A stretch of 64,000 bases of DNA from Takakia lepidozioides (taxonomy: Eukaryota > Plantae > Bryophyta): positions 3,906,001 through 3,970,000 of the forward strand of contig CM060733.1 in NCBI GenBank assembly GCA_030704615.1. The letters are read 5' to 3'. The notes under the pieces were generated by a model that was not told where the DNA came from, ran no database searches, and saw only the letters and a list, made by a program, of their open reading frames with translations. Position numbers and translations under genes: made by a program. Each line of letters starts with the position of its first letter. The first letter of the stretch is position 1. Positions 1 through 10,575 of this stretch are shown in pieces.

Positions 1-2744
1 TTCGATTTAATTCAAAATTGGTGCAAGGGTGAGTGCGTCGATGGGGAGGCATTTTTTTTCTCCCCCCCCTACTGGATCTTTGTACAGGTGTTGCACACAT
101 ATTTAAGCACATGTAGGAAAAAATGAAGCTTGAGCCACATCCGTTTGTTGGGTGCAATGGCATGAGAGGATTTTCTTTCACATTAATAAACAAAAATTGG
201 TTGATAGGGTGAATGCGTCATAGGGGGGGCAAATGATTTTGTTTGGGTTTGAAACTTTGCATGCGTGTACGTTGCGCACATACATGTAAATATTGAATGA
301 CATATTTGATGCACACACACATTGAAGGTTGTTGTTTGCATTTTCGCTTATAATGAAGTGTATGGTTGCAAGGACACATTATAATATATGTCCCTATGTT
401 CATTTGTCCATCCCTTCCCGGTCTTTTCTCTTGGCACCCCATCCGAAAACAACCCAAGTACATCAGGGGGGAGCCGTGGGCGAGACTCCGCCCCCACGGT
501 CCGGACGATGATGACGATGACAGTGATAGTGACAGTGACAACAACAATGAGCATGGAATTAACCAGGATGATGTGCAAGCCATGGAGGATCTCTTAATGC
601 ATCATGTGGGCGCTGATGCATCCCATGAAGAGGGAACCCGGCCAATCGATGATCCTGAAATGGCCCCCTCAAATGACATGGAGAGGGAGGCGAGAACTCC
701 CTTGTACGAAGGGGCGAAAGTGAGTCGACTTTCAACAATCTTACTTTTGCTCAATCTTCAAATTCGATTTGGCATAAGTAATGTTGGGATGTCTGCCATA
801 ATGCGAACTATTGCAGACTATATCCTTGCTCTACACTTGAAACCCAAGATGCCACGGTCGCGGAAAGAGGCGCGCGAAGTCTTGGACTATGTGGGGATGG
901 GCTATAAGATTTTTCATGCATGTCCATGTGATAAAACCCTATACTACGGAGAGGATTCGCATCTCACCAAGTGCCCAAAGTGCAAGAAATACCGATATCG
1001 GGATGATGTCCAAGGGAAAAAAGTACCACGCAAGGACGTTTAAGCGTCATTCCCCCTCGCATGGAGATTATTTTCTTTCATCTTCTCAATGTATGTAAAG
1101 TGTATTCCACAAAGTTTAGGGTTTAGAGAGTAGTACTCATGCAAGATCTGATTGTGGTTTTGGAATGAGTGAGTGAGTGGAAGGAGCGACGTTTGGTTTT
1201 GACCATTCACACCCAAATGAGGGAGAGGCTGCATAAAGGGAAAGACATAAGGGTGTTGTATTATGTGTGCTAATGGGATGATTACATGTGGGGGGCGTGG
1301 GGTATTTCATCCTAGAAAATGCATTACTTTCTGATCATCCCGCGATTGAGAGCAACCCTACTCATCGTCCCTCCGATGAGCCTTTTTCATGGCCTTCAGA
1401 CATGGAGCAAGTTTTCTTCTCCGATGACAAAACAAGAGGGGGGAATTGGAAGGTGGTTATGCATGCTCAGCCAATAGGAAGACGTATCTATCATGGTCTC
1501 GGATCTCCATGGGGTGAGGCAATTACGGTGGACGGAGAGACTGGTCATAATGATGCTGATGATGGAGGTTGGGTAGAGGGGGTAGAAGAGGATGATGACG
1601 CCCCGGACAATGCATCCTAGACCCTATATGATGAGGCTCTAGAAGATACGGATGTTGGAGAAGGAGACGAAGACACGGCCATTGACAACGAGGTGGAGGA
1701 TGATTCGGAGGTGCCTTTTGAGGGCCGGGCCATTTATGACGATGACTCCGATGACCAAGAAGACTTGCAGCTTGATGAGTATGAAGAGGCTCCGGATGAT
1801 GATGTTCAAGTTGATTAGACACAAAATCAAAGCTACATAACAATTCTCGCACCGAACTGGACCCATCCCTTCGATTGATTGTACATGTACATGCATATTG
1901 TACTTTATTTCTATGATTCATCAAATATGGCTGTGGCTGGTAGTTTTTCAAGAAAGAAGGCAGAGGCAATGAATATGTTGGAGCAACACATACAGATGTG
2001 GTATCAAGAGAATTATCAAAATGAATGTCACAATCTACAAGAAGGTCCACAACAACTAAAGAAAAACAAACGCCCTACCCCAGTACCATATGAAAAAACT
2101 AAGAACCCCCAAAGGCCCTAAACCTAAATCTAGAAAGCGCCGTCGCTGCCTGCGACCCCCACGCGTCGCCACCTGCGACGCGGTTTTTAGGCCGGGGGTC
2201 GCAAACGGTGACGGCCAACCGTCGCCATCTGCGACCTGTTTTTTTTAATGGATTTTTTAGGCCGGGGATCGCACACGGCGACGGCCAGCCGTCGCACACT
2301 GTGACCCAATTTTTTTTATTTTTTTTTTAAAGAATAGGGCAGCCAGGCAGTTTGCGATGCTCGGCCGTCGCAGGGGCCTTTTGCCCTTCATGCCACCATG
2401 CGACGGCCTGGCGTCGCAAAAAAGGGCTGCGATGAAAGAAGGGTTTTTTTTTCTTTTTTTTTTCCGGCGTGCGACGAGCGGCCGTTGCCCGAAAAAGCTG
2501 CCTTCTGCCCTTCGCTGGGGGCGACGCTTGGGCGTCGCATGGAAGGGCTGCCATTTGCCCTTCATCACTCCGTGCGACGGCCAGGCGTCGCCGCTTGGCC
2601 CCGGTGCCAGGTGGCGGCCCGCGGGTTTGGCTGCGACGGCCCGGCGTCGCAAACACGCTCCGCGGGGTTGGCGTCGCACGCTCAGCGCCGCGCGGGGCGT
2701 GGGGGCGCGGCTGGCGTCGCAAACCCCCCCCATTTGCTGTAGTG
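1..2744 (+). mobile_element. CACTA (En/Spm) DNA transposon, internally deleted, right end intact (left end outside window)
   Basis: Ends in ...catttgctgtagtg at 2744, the reverse complement of a CACTACAGCAAATG TIR. Dense inverted subterminal repeats (gcgtcgca / tgcgacg) at ~2140-2720. Carries TnpD transposase remnants. Confidence 0.9.
366..1620 (+). pseudogene. CACTA TnpD/Tnp2 transposase remnants (N-terminal part and DUF4216-like C-terminal part; catalytic core missing)
   Basis: ORF 366-1043 has PLYEGAKVSRLSTILLLLNLQ...YKIFHACPCDKTLY...CPKCKKYRY, typical of the Tnp2 N-terminus. ORF 1288-1620 has DEPFSWPSDMEQVFFSDD...WKVV, typical of the TnpD C-terminus. Confidence 0.85.
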
Positions 2745-2786
2745 TAGCTCTCTAAAGCTTGAAAACAAAAGCCCAATGGACTGAAG

Positions 2787-3085
2787 GCATGCTCCACACA
2801 TGCCCCACTCAGCCCCTTTGCTTCCTTTCTTGCACCCACCAACCTGAAAATACAAGCTTCAGCGGGCTGGAAGCATGCTCCACACATGCCCTACAAGGAA
2901 ACCAACCCCTTCCTCCCTTTCTTGCACTGCCAAACCTGAAAGTACAAGCCTTCAACGGGCTGAAAGCATGCTCCACACATGCATTGCCCTCACATAAGGG
3001 AAGTCAGCCCTTCCCTCTTCCTTGCTTGCCCTCCAAGCTTGAAGATGGAAGCTTCAATGAGCTGAATATATGCTCCACACATGCA
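2787..3085. repeat. Four degenerate ~90-bp tandem units with core (gc)atgctccacacatgc
   Basis: Cores at ~2787, 2873, 2966 and 3068. Confidence 0.8.
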
Positions 3086-3353
3086 ACCTCTTCACACAAG
3101 AGGTATCAGCCCCCTATCTTGGCTCCTTGGCTCCTTGATGCTCTCTAAGAAGAGTAAGCACTCCACAGCCTTTGCCAAGCTCCTGAAACCCTAAGGCTTA
3201 CATTTCCAGCCACAAGACACTCTTCTTGTGGTGCAAGAGCTCTTCTTCCAAGCTATGAAACCCTAGGTGCACATTCCATTGTCTTGCCGCACCTCTTAGC
3301 TCCTGTTCCAGCCCTGCAGCATGGTGCTTTCATCTCTGAAGCTGAAGATCGAA

Positions 3354-3849
3354 TGCCAAGGTCTACCACCTCGTAACCCACATCGCCTCCGCTTCTAACA
3401 ACCAAGGGCTCCATGATGCTCCTTGCATAACAACCTGGTTTCTCTCATCCTCAAGCAAAAACCACAAGTGCTACAACTAACTCGTATCTGGCACTCATAG
3501 ATACGAGCTCATCTTTCTCGAGTGATAAAGTAGAAGAATACAAGCATAAGCTCGTGCGAGCTCACAAAGCTGAAGCATAAACTCATGCATATATAAACTC
3601 GTCACTCAAATACAAGTCAAGCCAAGTGCACCCCACGCCATGGGGAATCCACACTATGGCGCCATAGCTAGGCGCGGTGAGGCTCAACTCGAGAAAGATG
3701 AGCCTCCCGCGCTTGTCGTGAAGATAACCACTCCAGGGCCTAAATCTGCCTTGACCCCTGGATTGACACTTGGGCCAATCCCAAATGTCAATATGTAAAA
3801 GCTAGCTATTTCCTAGCTAGTTTCACACTAGTGGTGAAATAACTTGACA
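3354..3849 (-). mobile_element. Possible decayed LTR (Gypsy-like) with PBS-like site
   Basis: Minus strand begins TGTCAAG at 3849 and runs to ...gggttacg, followed by tggtagaccttggca. No protein homology recognised. Confidence 0.3.
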
Positions 3850-4105
3850 ACCTTTTTCGTGATGTGTGATCTGTGTCCTGATCAGATCGATTGATTGTCT
3901 GAATTTTGGGTGTGTGTGTCATTCAGGTACATGTATCATGTCCTCATACCGGGAAAGTACCTTAGCGATGACCCAGACTTCATCTACTCATGGGCTGACC
4001 CCTCCAATGACAAGACAATGTATTGCCAGAAACTGGAGCAGGCTGCACTTCAGAGACTGTGGGTGGTATCTTAAGGTTAATGAAACAAAACAACTGTATT
4101 ATCTC

Positions 4106-4282
4106 AACGAATGATACACAAATGCCTTGCTGGCAACTATTGGTTGAACGTATCAAACATAACTTTTGTGCACTGGATGAACGTATGAACGAATGATACA
4201 ACAAACGCCTTGCTGGCAACTATTGGATGAACGTAGGAACGAATGATAATGCAAACGCTGAGCTGGCAGCTATTGGATGAAC
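4106..4282. repeat. Three degenerate tandem copies of a ~45-bp unit
   Basis: Unit aacgaatgata...aa(c/t)gc...gctggca(a/g)ctattgg(a/t)tgaac, starting at 4106, 4188 and 4238. Confidence 0.8.
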
Positions 4283-5143
4283 TGACAATGGAACTCATTT
4301 AAAGATTTATTTTGGATGAATGGATGAAATTAAAATGGCCTAAAAATGGAAAAACAAATGAATGGATGGATGTATTGATGGAAAACCCAAAATCCATCCA
4401 TCTATCGCTACATTCATCCATCCAGTCATGAGTAGAGGGGACTTAGCGTTTTTTTGTCTCCCCTGCCATCTGTTTGTTTTCTTTGTGTCGAGTTTGATCG
4501 TGAGAGATGACAAACATGAGCTGTGTTTGCTTTCTTTTAGTGTCGAGTCTGATCATGAGAGACGACGTGCGGAGCTGGTGGGATAGGGGGCAGACAGGGA
4601 CTCAAACCCTAGAATCGGGGCATGAAGAAATCCGTCCTGTGCGAAATCATTTCCAGCTCGGCATGATGCGAGGCCTCTCGTATGAGCCAAGCGAGAGGAC
4701 AGGGCCTTGCGTATGGAGTGGGTGTGCAGGAGCGTATGCCTTGTGCAAATGTGTGAATTTTGCTTTGTTTGCCCCTGTTTTCTCTCACTGAAGTCAGAAG
4801 CAGGTTTGCTCGTCTTGGTTTCAGTAAAGGAGTTGGGTTGCTGATTTGTGTGACATTGAACTTGTTCCATCTGCCTTTTTGTTGGCTCTCTGCAAGAAAA
4901 ATCCTATGGTCTCTTCTTTTGAACCCACTGGTGCCTTCAGGGATGCCATTCAAATTAGGTGATTACACGAAACACTTCGCGATTTCTTTTTTTGTGTTTG
5001 TATGCACAGTCGGATCCAGGCTCGGAATTGTCTTTTGTGCAATTCAGTAGAAACGGATGTACTCAGCGCAAAGATGCAAGAAAGCGCACAGGTCGTTAGG
5101 CAAGGCCGATAATTGGTATATCTGGCGTGTAGGTCAACGCTAG

Positions 5144-6062
5144 AGCATGGAGCAACGCTGGCAGCAGTTCTTTAAAGATACTTTACAATGGTGGAATAGT
5201 AGCCTTGACAAGGTGAGCTTTCTTCATGTAGGATGAGAAATGGAGATTGAGGAAACTCTGCTATGGTCGTGTGGTGTGGACTGGATCGTACTGTTGTTGA
5301 GTGAGGACTATCAGTGACGTCAGAATCTCGCTGTGCTCTAGGAAAACTACTTTTACTGTCCGTATCGAGGTTGTCCTTGCTGAGCAGGGCATGAAAGTAG
5401 GATGCGCAAGGTGTTTTCCCTTGAGTTTGCAAGGTACTTGGGAGGGTTGAGACTGCAACTCCTCAGTTGCTCCTTGGTCGTTTTCATAGACCACTCCAAG
5501 ATCTCCAGACTACAGACATAGGCTTATTGTGTAAGTTTGGGTATATTCCAATGTTCCTCATTGTGTAGAATCTAATGGAGCCCAAAGTGACTTGCAATGA
5601 ATGTTGTTGAAAGTGCACTAGGATTCCTACAGAAGGGAATTTGTCAAAATATTGATGTTGTCGAATTTTGGGCACAAAGGTCTATTGTAGAGCATTGAGC
5701 AGAGCTGGCACGAGTTTTCTAAAGATCCTCATCAATGGTGGGACAAAAGCAATTGCAAGGTGTGACTTTCTTAATGTACAATGCAGAGAAATTTGTCCAT
5801 CTTGCAAATGTGGGTTCTTACTGTTAGTATCATGATTTGGTATCTTTCCTATTGTTGACAAGGTCCTTGGGAGGGTCAAGTTGGTCTTAGGAGCCTGAGT
5901 TTAAATCTATGGCTGCTCAGCTGGACCGTGGTGGTTTTCCTCGCAGACCCATCCGAGCTCACCTGACTACAGACACAAGCAGCACACACAAGAGGTCCTT
6001 TTGGGTTGATGGTCGGTTGAATCCTCCATGGTTGAAAGAAAAGCTAGCTGCCATGACACGAG
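5144..6062 (+). pseudogene. OSB-like (organellar ssDNA-binding protein) pseudogene fragment with two PDF motifs
   Basis: AG/GT-bounded 69-nt exons 5144-5212 (SMEQRWQQFFKDTLQWWNSSLDK) and 5691-5759 (SIEQSWHEFSKDPHQWWDKSNCK). Each is followed by an exon: ~5490 (TTPRSPDYRHR) and 5947 (THPSSPDYRHK..., frameshift, ..FWVDGRLNPPWLKEKL). Matches the OSB PDF motif W..FF..P..WWD....K..P..PDFKHK....LW.....PPW. Confidence 0.75.
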
Positions 6063-7389
6063 GTCAAGGACAAAGTGGTAATGGCTCATTCTTCAGCACA
6101 TTTCAGCCTGTTTTGCCCTCTTATCAGAGTCGACCCTGATTTCCATGTTGAATTCTACAAGTTAGCTTGTTGGGTTGATCTATGGTGGTCTAAATTTTTT
6201 TGGCATGTGACTGCCAATGTGGCAACAAGAAAGTCCAAGAACATATAGGGATGAAGAGAAGCTATGGAAGGAATATTTTTCCGACCCCAGTCAATGGTGG
6301 GATGATCGAGGGAAAAATGTGAATGCCTGTTACAATACAGAGAGAAGCAGATGCCATTCAGCATAGGAACTAGTGTGTTATGAGTAGGGTTGGGGTGTTT
6401 GCTAGAACAAATCTAGGCCGTCATTGTCAGCCGTTCAAAGCAAGGCGAGGATGTATGCGTGATGTGTGCAGAGGCTCGGATGGCTGAAGGAGCAGGGATA
6501 GAATGTGGGTCCAGATTCATCCAATAGGGCAGGATGTCAAGGGGGAATGCTTGCACGTGAGCCTGGCTAGGCTCACGCCACGTCAGCAATCATCCACATG
6601 TGCAGGCCCTAATTCCCCACCCCACCCCCCCCCCCCCCCCCCCCCCCCACCTATTACCGCGGATCGGTTGTCGCCTATGTCCTTATTTTTTGATCCCTCT
6701 TCATCGCCCCCACATGAATATTCTTTCCGACCGAGAACAATGGTAGGTTTGTGGATGGTTTAGGATCGAGGACATGATTTTTGAATGAGGAGATCGTCCG
6801 CTACAGAATTGAATATTAACAACAAACCTTTCTTTTTGCAAAGTAGTTCATTCATTCCAACCCACAAACATTTTTCAATGCCGGAATTTGAAGACCTACC
6901 CCAGGCAATCCCTAACTGTACTTACGGGAACGCGCGAAGAACTTGAAAAACAGTTTGGGGATGGAAGCAAAACCAAAATACATTTTATTAAGTCTCGGTA
7001 CTTGAACCTCAAGAACTATTGGAGGTTTCAGAGGAACTACTTCCAGAGTTTGCAGCAATATCATCTATGAACACAGCAGCCCATCCGCGACGTTTTTTTT
7101 TTTCCGCGACCCCCATGGAGAGGCGAATACATTGTTTGTTGGGACAACACCCGTGCGCAAGCTTCCGCGTAAACCGGCAAGTGGTAAGATCTAGGGGGAC
7201 TCGGGGACATGTAGTATCCTTGGAGACTGAAAGGTGCCTGCATATTCGATGACTGGTGCCGAACTCTGGAAAGCAAGAAGAGGAATGGTGGTAGATGTTA
7301 TCATCCAGAAATAGACAATGTAAGCAACCATCTGTCGAACGGGAATGACACAAGGAAATACAACATATTTTGCACGACTAGAGCCGAAC

Positions 7390-8640
7390 TTACTCACACT
7401 CAAAATCGGAGTCCACGTCGAGATCCTTGTCAGGCGCTTTGGGCTCCTCAAGAAGTCCCTCCGTGGATGGGGCAGAAGTAGTGCCCGACTCAAGCTGATG
7501 AAGCTCGCTTGAGAAGAGCTCCGTATCAGCCTCCATGCCGAAGAAGTGCCTTCCGGCGCTTTTGCACGCATGAAAAGATGCTCCTGCAAATTGAAGATGA
7601 ACGAGAAATCAAAACAGGGCTTCCCTAAGCTCACTGCCCACATTTCAAACATAGTGTTCAGGGCCCCACCTGTTCCCATAGACAAGTCAACCACTCGTCC
7701 ACCGTGACGGCTGCATGTCTCCACCAAAGTCTGCATGAAAGCTGGGGATTTCTCTCGTGCACCTCTCCAAGGGACACCAGTTGACCTTTTCGTAGTTCGA
7801 CCCGAGTCCACGTAATTGAAGATTACATCATCCTCCACAGGCTCGCAGGTGGGGTCAATGTGAGCTGCAAGGTCCCTCAACTGGAACTCAGCAATACCAG
7901 GAGGAAGTGTCCTTACGCACCCTCACCAGGCACAAAGCTTCGAACACCCGAGTCTGTCAATAATCACGAAGAGAGCATGAGGCAAAAGACAAAACCTACT
8001 TTTGACATTTACTAAAGAACCACAAAACTTTAATTCAAAGGAACCAACTCACTTTCTGCCCCGGGAACTTGCCCTTCGTAAGAGGCAGAGTGTTGATGCA
8101 TGTCCAAGTTTTGATGACACGAAACCCGGAAGCTTTCATGTACTCCGTGCCGACATGTCCTTTGACTGCATGAGAAGAAGAGCCCCCGAGTCAGAAAGGA
8201 ATTTGTTGCTGAATGAGAAAGTCCACTGCCAGTAACGAAAATCCGATTTGTTCCAAGTGGGGGTTGAATTGGAAGGCAACACATCAGGGACAGGGAAACC
8301 GTCAGGAATGTCCAGCACCACAAGGTCAGTCGCGTATGCCTGCTGAACTCCATTCACCCAATCCGGCCTTTTTGTGACCTACAGCCAAAAACAGGAGACA
8401 GTGTCACAAGCCCAATCCAGATCCAACAGGAAATCAATCCCCTCGACAAGCCAGAACAAGTTGCCAAAACAAAATTATTCACACAACAGTTAAGACATAT
8501 GTGCTTACTTGAGTGAGGAACGAAACAAGCATGTCCCATGATTTCGAGGGCACCCCTTTGAATGTGGACTTCCTGGATTCCATCATTGCCAGAAAACTTT
8601 CATTCACCACCTTACGATGGAACTGGCCCAAAACCCTGGA
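7390..8640 (-). pseudogene. Spliced, frameshifted beta-class N4C/N6A DNA methyltransferase-like gene (N6_N4_Mtase family), 5'-truncated
   Basis: Exon 8378-8053: VTKRPDW..TDLVVLDIPDG..FSNKFLSDSGALLL../fs/..EYMKASGFRVIKTWTCIN. Exon 7953-7670: TRVFEALCLVR../fs/..WRGAREKSPAFMQTLVETCSRHGGRVVDLSMGT. Exon 7583-7390: GASFHACKSAGRHFFGMEADTELF..*. GT-AG introns of 99 and 86 bp. Motif IV precedes motif I. Confidence 0.75.
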
Positions 8641-8646
8641 TGGATG

Positions 8647-10575
8647 TTATCTCGCATCGAAAGGAAGATTTCTCAGCCATGTTGTCTCTTTGGCACCATC
8701 AGTTAGTGCTCGATACTCAGCTTCAGTGCTTGACAAAACAACTGTAGGTTGCTTTTTAGAGCACCAACTAATAGCAGAGTCTCCGAGACAAAACACGTAC
8801 CCGGTTGTCGAGTGTCGTTTGTCATGATTTCCCGCCCAATTTGCATCGGTGTAGCCATGGAGATTGTTGTTGATACCTCGACGAAACAAAAGACCATAAT
8901 CAACAGTCCCTTTTATGTATCTGAAATTTTGCTTAATTGCATCAAGATGGGCTTCATGTGGACTGGACATAAACCTGTTGACCACACTTGTAGCATATGA
9001 AATATCAGGTCTCGTATTTGTCAAGTAAATAAGACTTCCAACCATCTGTTTGTAAAGTGTTGAATCAACACCCGGAGAGTTCATGTCTGTGAGGAGTCTT
9101 GTTCCTTCTGCCATGGGAACAGCTTGAGGTTTGCAATCGATAAAATTAAACCTCTCTAACATTCTCCTTACATATCCTCGGTGAGTCATCATAATGCCTG
9201 CAAATAAGTGAATGAACTCTGCTGCAAGGTAATGATTGATGAGCCCCAAGTCAGTCATTTCATAAGCATTCTTGAGCTGATTTCTTATCCATGCACTCTT
9301 CTCATGATTGTCTCCGGTCAACAGTAGATCGTCCACATACAGAAGTAGAATCACGAGCTGCCCATTCTCTCGAAGATAGTAGAAATTGTAGTCTGCGCTG
9401 CTACGAAAGAGTCCCTGTGACCTAAGATATGCATCAATTTTTCCATACCATGCTCGCGGGGCTTGTTTCAGTCCATACAATGCTTTAAACAATCTGCATA
9501 CCTTTGTCTCACTCCCCTTCTTGACGAAACCTTCAGGCTGGGACATGTAGACTTCTTCATTTAAATCTCCGTTCAAGAAAGTTGTTTTCACATCTAAGTG
9601 AAAAATTGGCCATTCTCGTTGAGCAGCTAGTGCCACCACTGAACATATCGTAGACCACTTTACCACAAGAGCAAAAGTATCTTCGAAGTCAATCCCAGCT
9701 CTTTGTTCATAGCCACGAGCAACAAGTCTAGCTTTCAATTTTTCTGCAGTCCCATCAGCTCTATGTTTCACCTTAAATACCCATTTTGCCGAGATGGGTC
9801 TTCTTCCTGCTGGGAGCTCAACGAGTTGCCAGGTTTTGTTGTGGGTTATAGAGTCCATTTCCTGCTGCATAGCTGCTTGCCAGCCAGGAATCTGAAATGC
9901 TTCTTGAAAAGAAGTGGGCTCAAAGGGAATATCCACAACATTAACATAATCAACAAGTCGAGCAGGTGTCCGTTTCATTCTCTGAGATTTCCTCAGCTCC
10001 AAAGAAGGAAGCATTTCCCCTAGATTCTTTTCTGGAATGGCCAAAGTAACTTGCTCCGGAGATAATGGAGTTGACGCTGGTGTGTCAACTTCATCTGTGG
10101 AGGTAGAATCGATTGGCAATTCGACATGAATGTCCATCCCTGAATGAGTATCTGGTGGAACATGAGTGGAAGTATCCACAGAGGTGTCTATATCAGGGAG
10201 AATGCTGTCACCATGGACTTGCTCAATGAATTGTTTATCATTGGCTATGTCAATCAGCAATTCGTCAAAATGCACATCTCGGCTAATGAAGATCTTACGA
10301 GAAGATGGATTGTAAAGCCGATAGCCTTTAGTAGCAAAATCATAGCCAACTAGGATGCACTCAATTGATTTTGCATCAAGTTTTCCTCTCTCTTCTTGAG
10401 CAACCCTCAAGTTCCCCAAATCAGGCTTAATGTCTGAGAATTTCTCATATGGCGTCGTACCTGAATTTGCTCTTGTTGGGCAACGATTGAGGAGGTAAGC
10501 TGCCGTATTAACAGCTTCTAACCACAAGAACTTCGGCACTTCTTTTTCCACAACCAAACTGCGAGCACACTCCAT
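8647..10575 (-). CDS. Copia pol fragment (integrase C-terminus, RT, partial RNase H)
   Basis: 642-aa ORF with W.EAVNTAAYLLNR, LLLYVDDLLL, YTDANWAG and LSSTEAEY motifs. Confidence 0.9.
   Translation of the reverse strand: MECARSLVVEKEVPKFLWLEAVNTAAYLLNRCPTRANSGTTPYEKFSDIKPDLGNLRVAQEERGKLDAKSIECILVGYDFATKGYRLYNPSSRKIFISRDVHFDELLIDIANDKQFIEQVHGDSILPDIDTSVDTSTHVPPDTHSGMDIHVELPIDSTSTDEVDTPASTPLSPEQVTLAIPEKNLGEMLPSLELRKSQRMKRTPARLVDYVNVVDIPFEPTSFQEAFQIPGWQAAMQQEMDSITHNKTWQLVELPAGRRPISAKWVFKVKHRADGTAEKLKARLVARGYEQRAGIDFEDTFALVVKWSTICSVVALAAQREWPIFHLDVKTTFLNGDLNEEVYMSQPEGFVKKGSETKVCRLFKALYGLKQAPRAWYGKIDAYLRSQGLFRSSADYNFYYLRENGQLVILLLYVDDLLLTGDNHEKSAWIRNQLKNAYEMTDLGLINHYLAAEFIHLFAGIMMTHRGYVRRMLERFNFIDCKPQAVPMAEGTRLLTDMNSPGVDSTLYKQMVGSLIYLTNTRPDISYATSVVNRFMSSPHEAHLDAIKQNFRYIKGTVDYGLLFRRGINNNLHGYTDANWAGNHDKRHSTTGYVFCLGDSAISWCSKKQPTVVLSSTEAEYRALTDGAKETTWLRNLPFDAR

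Noticed and set aside
2257-2887. Several overlapping GC-rich ORFs
   Set aside because: Artefacts of CACTA subterminal repeats.
2787-4282. CRISPR-like arrays
   Set aside because: Units are degenerate over their whole length with homologous 'spacers'. Eukaryotic context and no cas genes.
7191-7880. 229-aa ORF as given in the track
   Set aside because: It reads through an 86-bp intron into the wrong frame. The spliced frame gives the MTase motif I continuation.
1-8640. MTase as part of the CACTA at the window start
   Set aside because: That element's right TIR closes at 2744, about 4.6 kb before the MTase.
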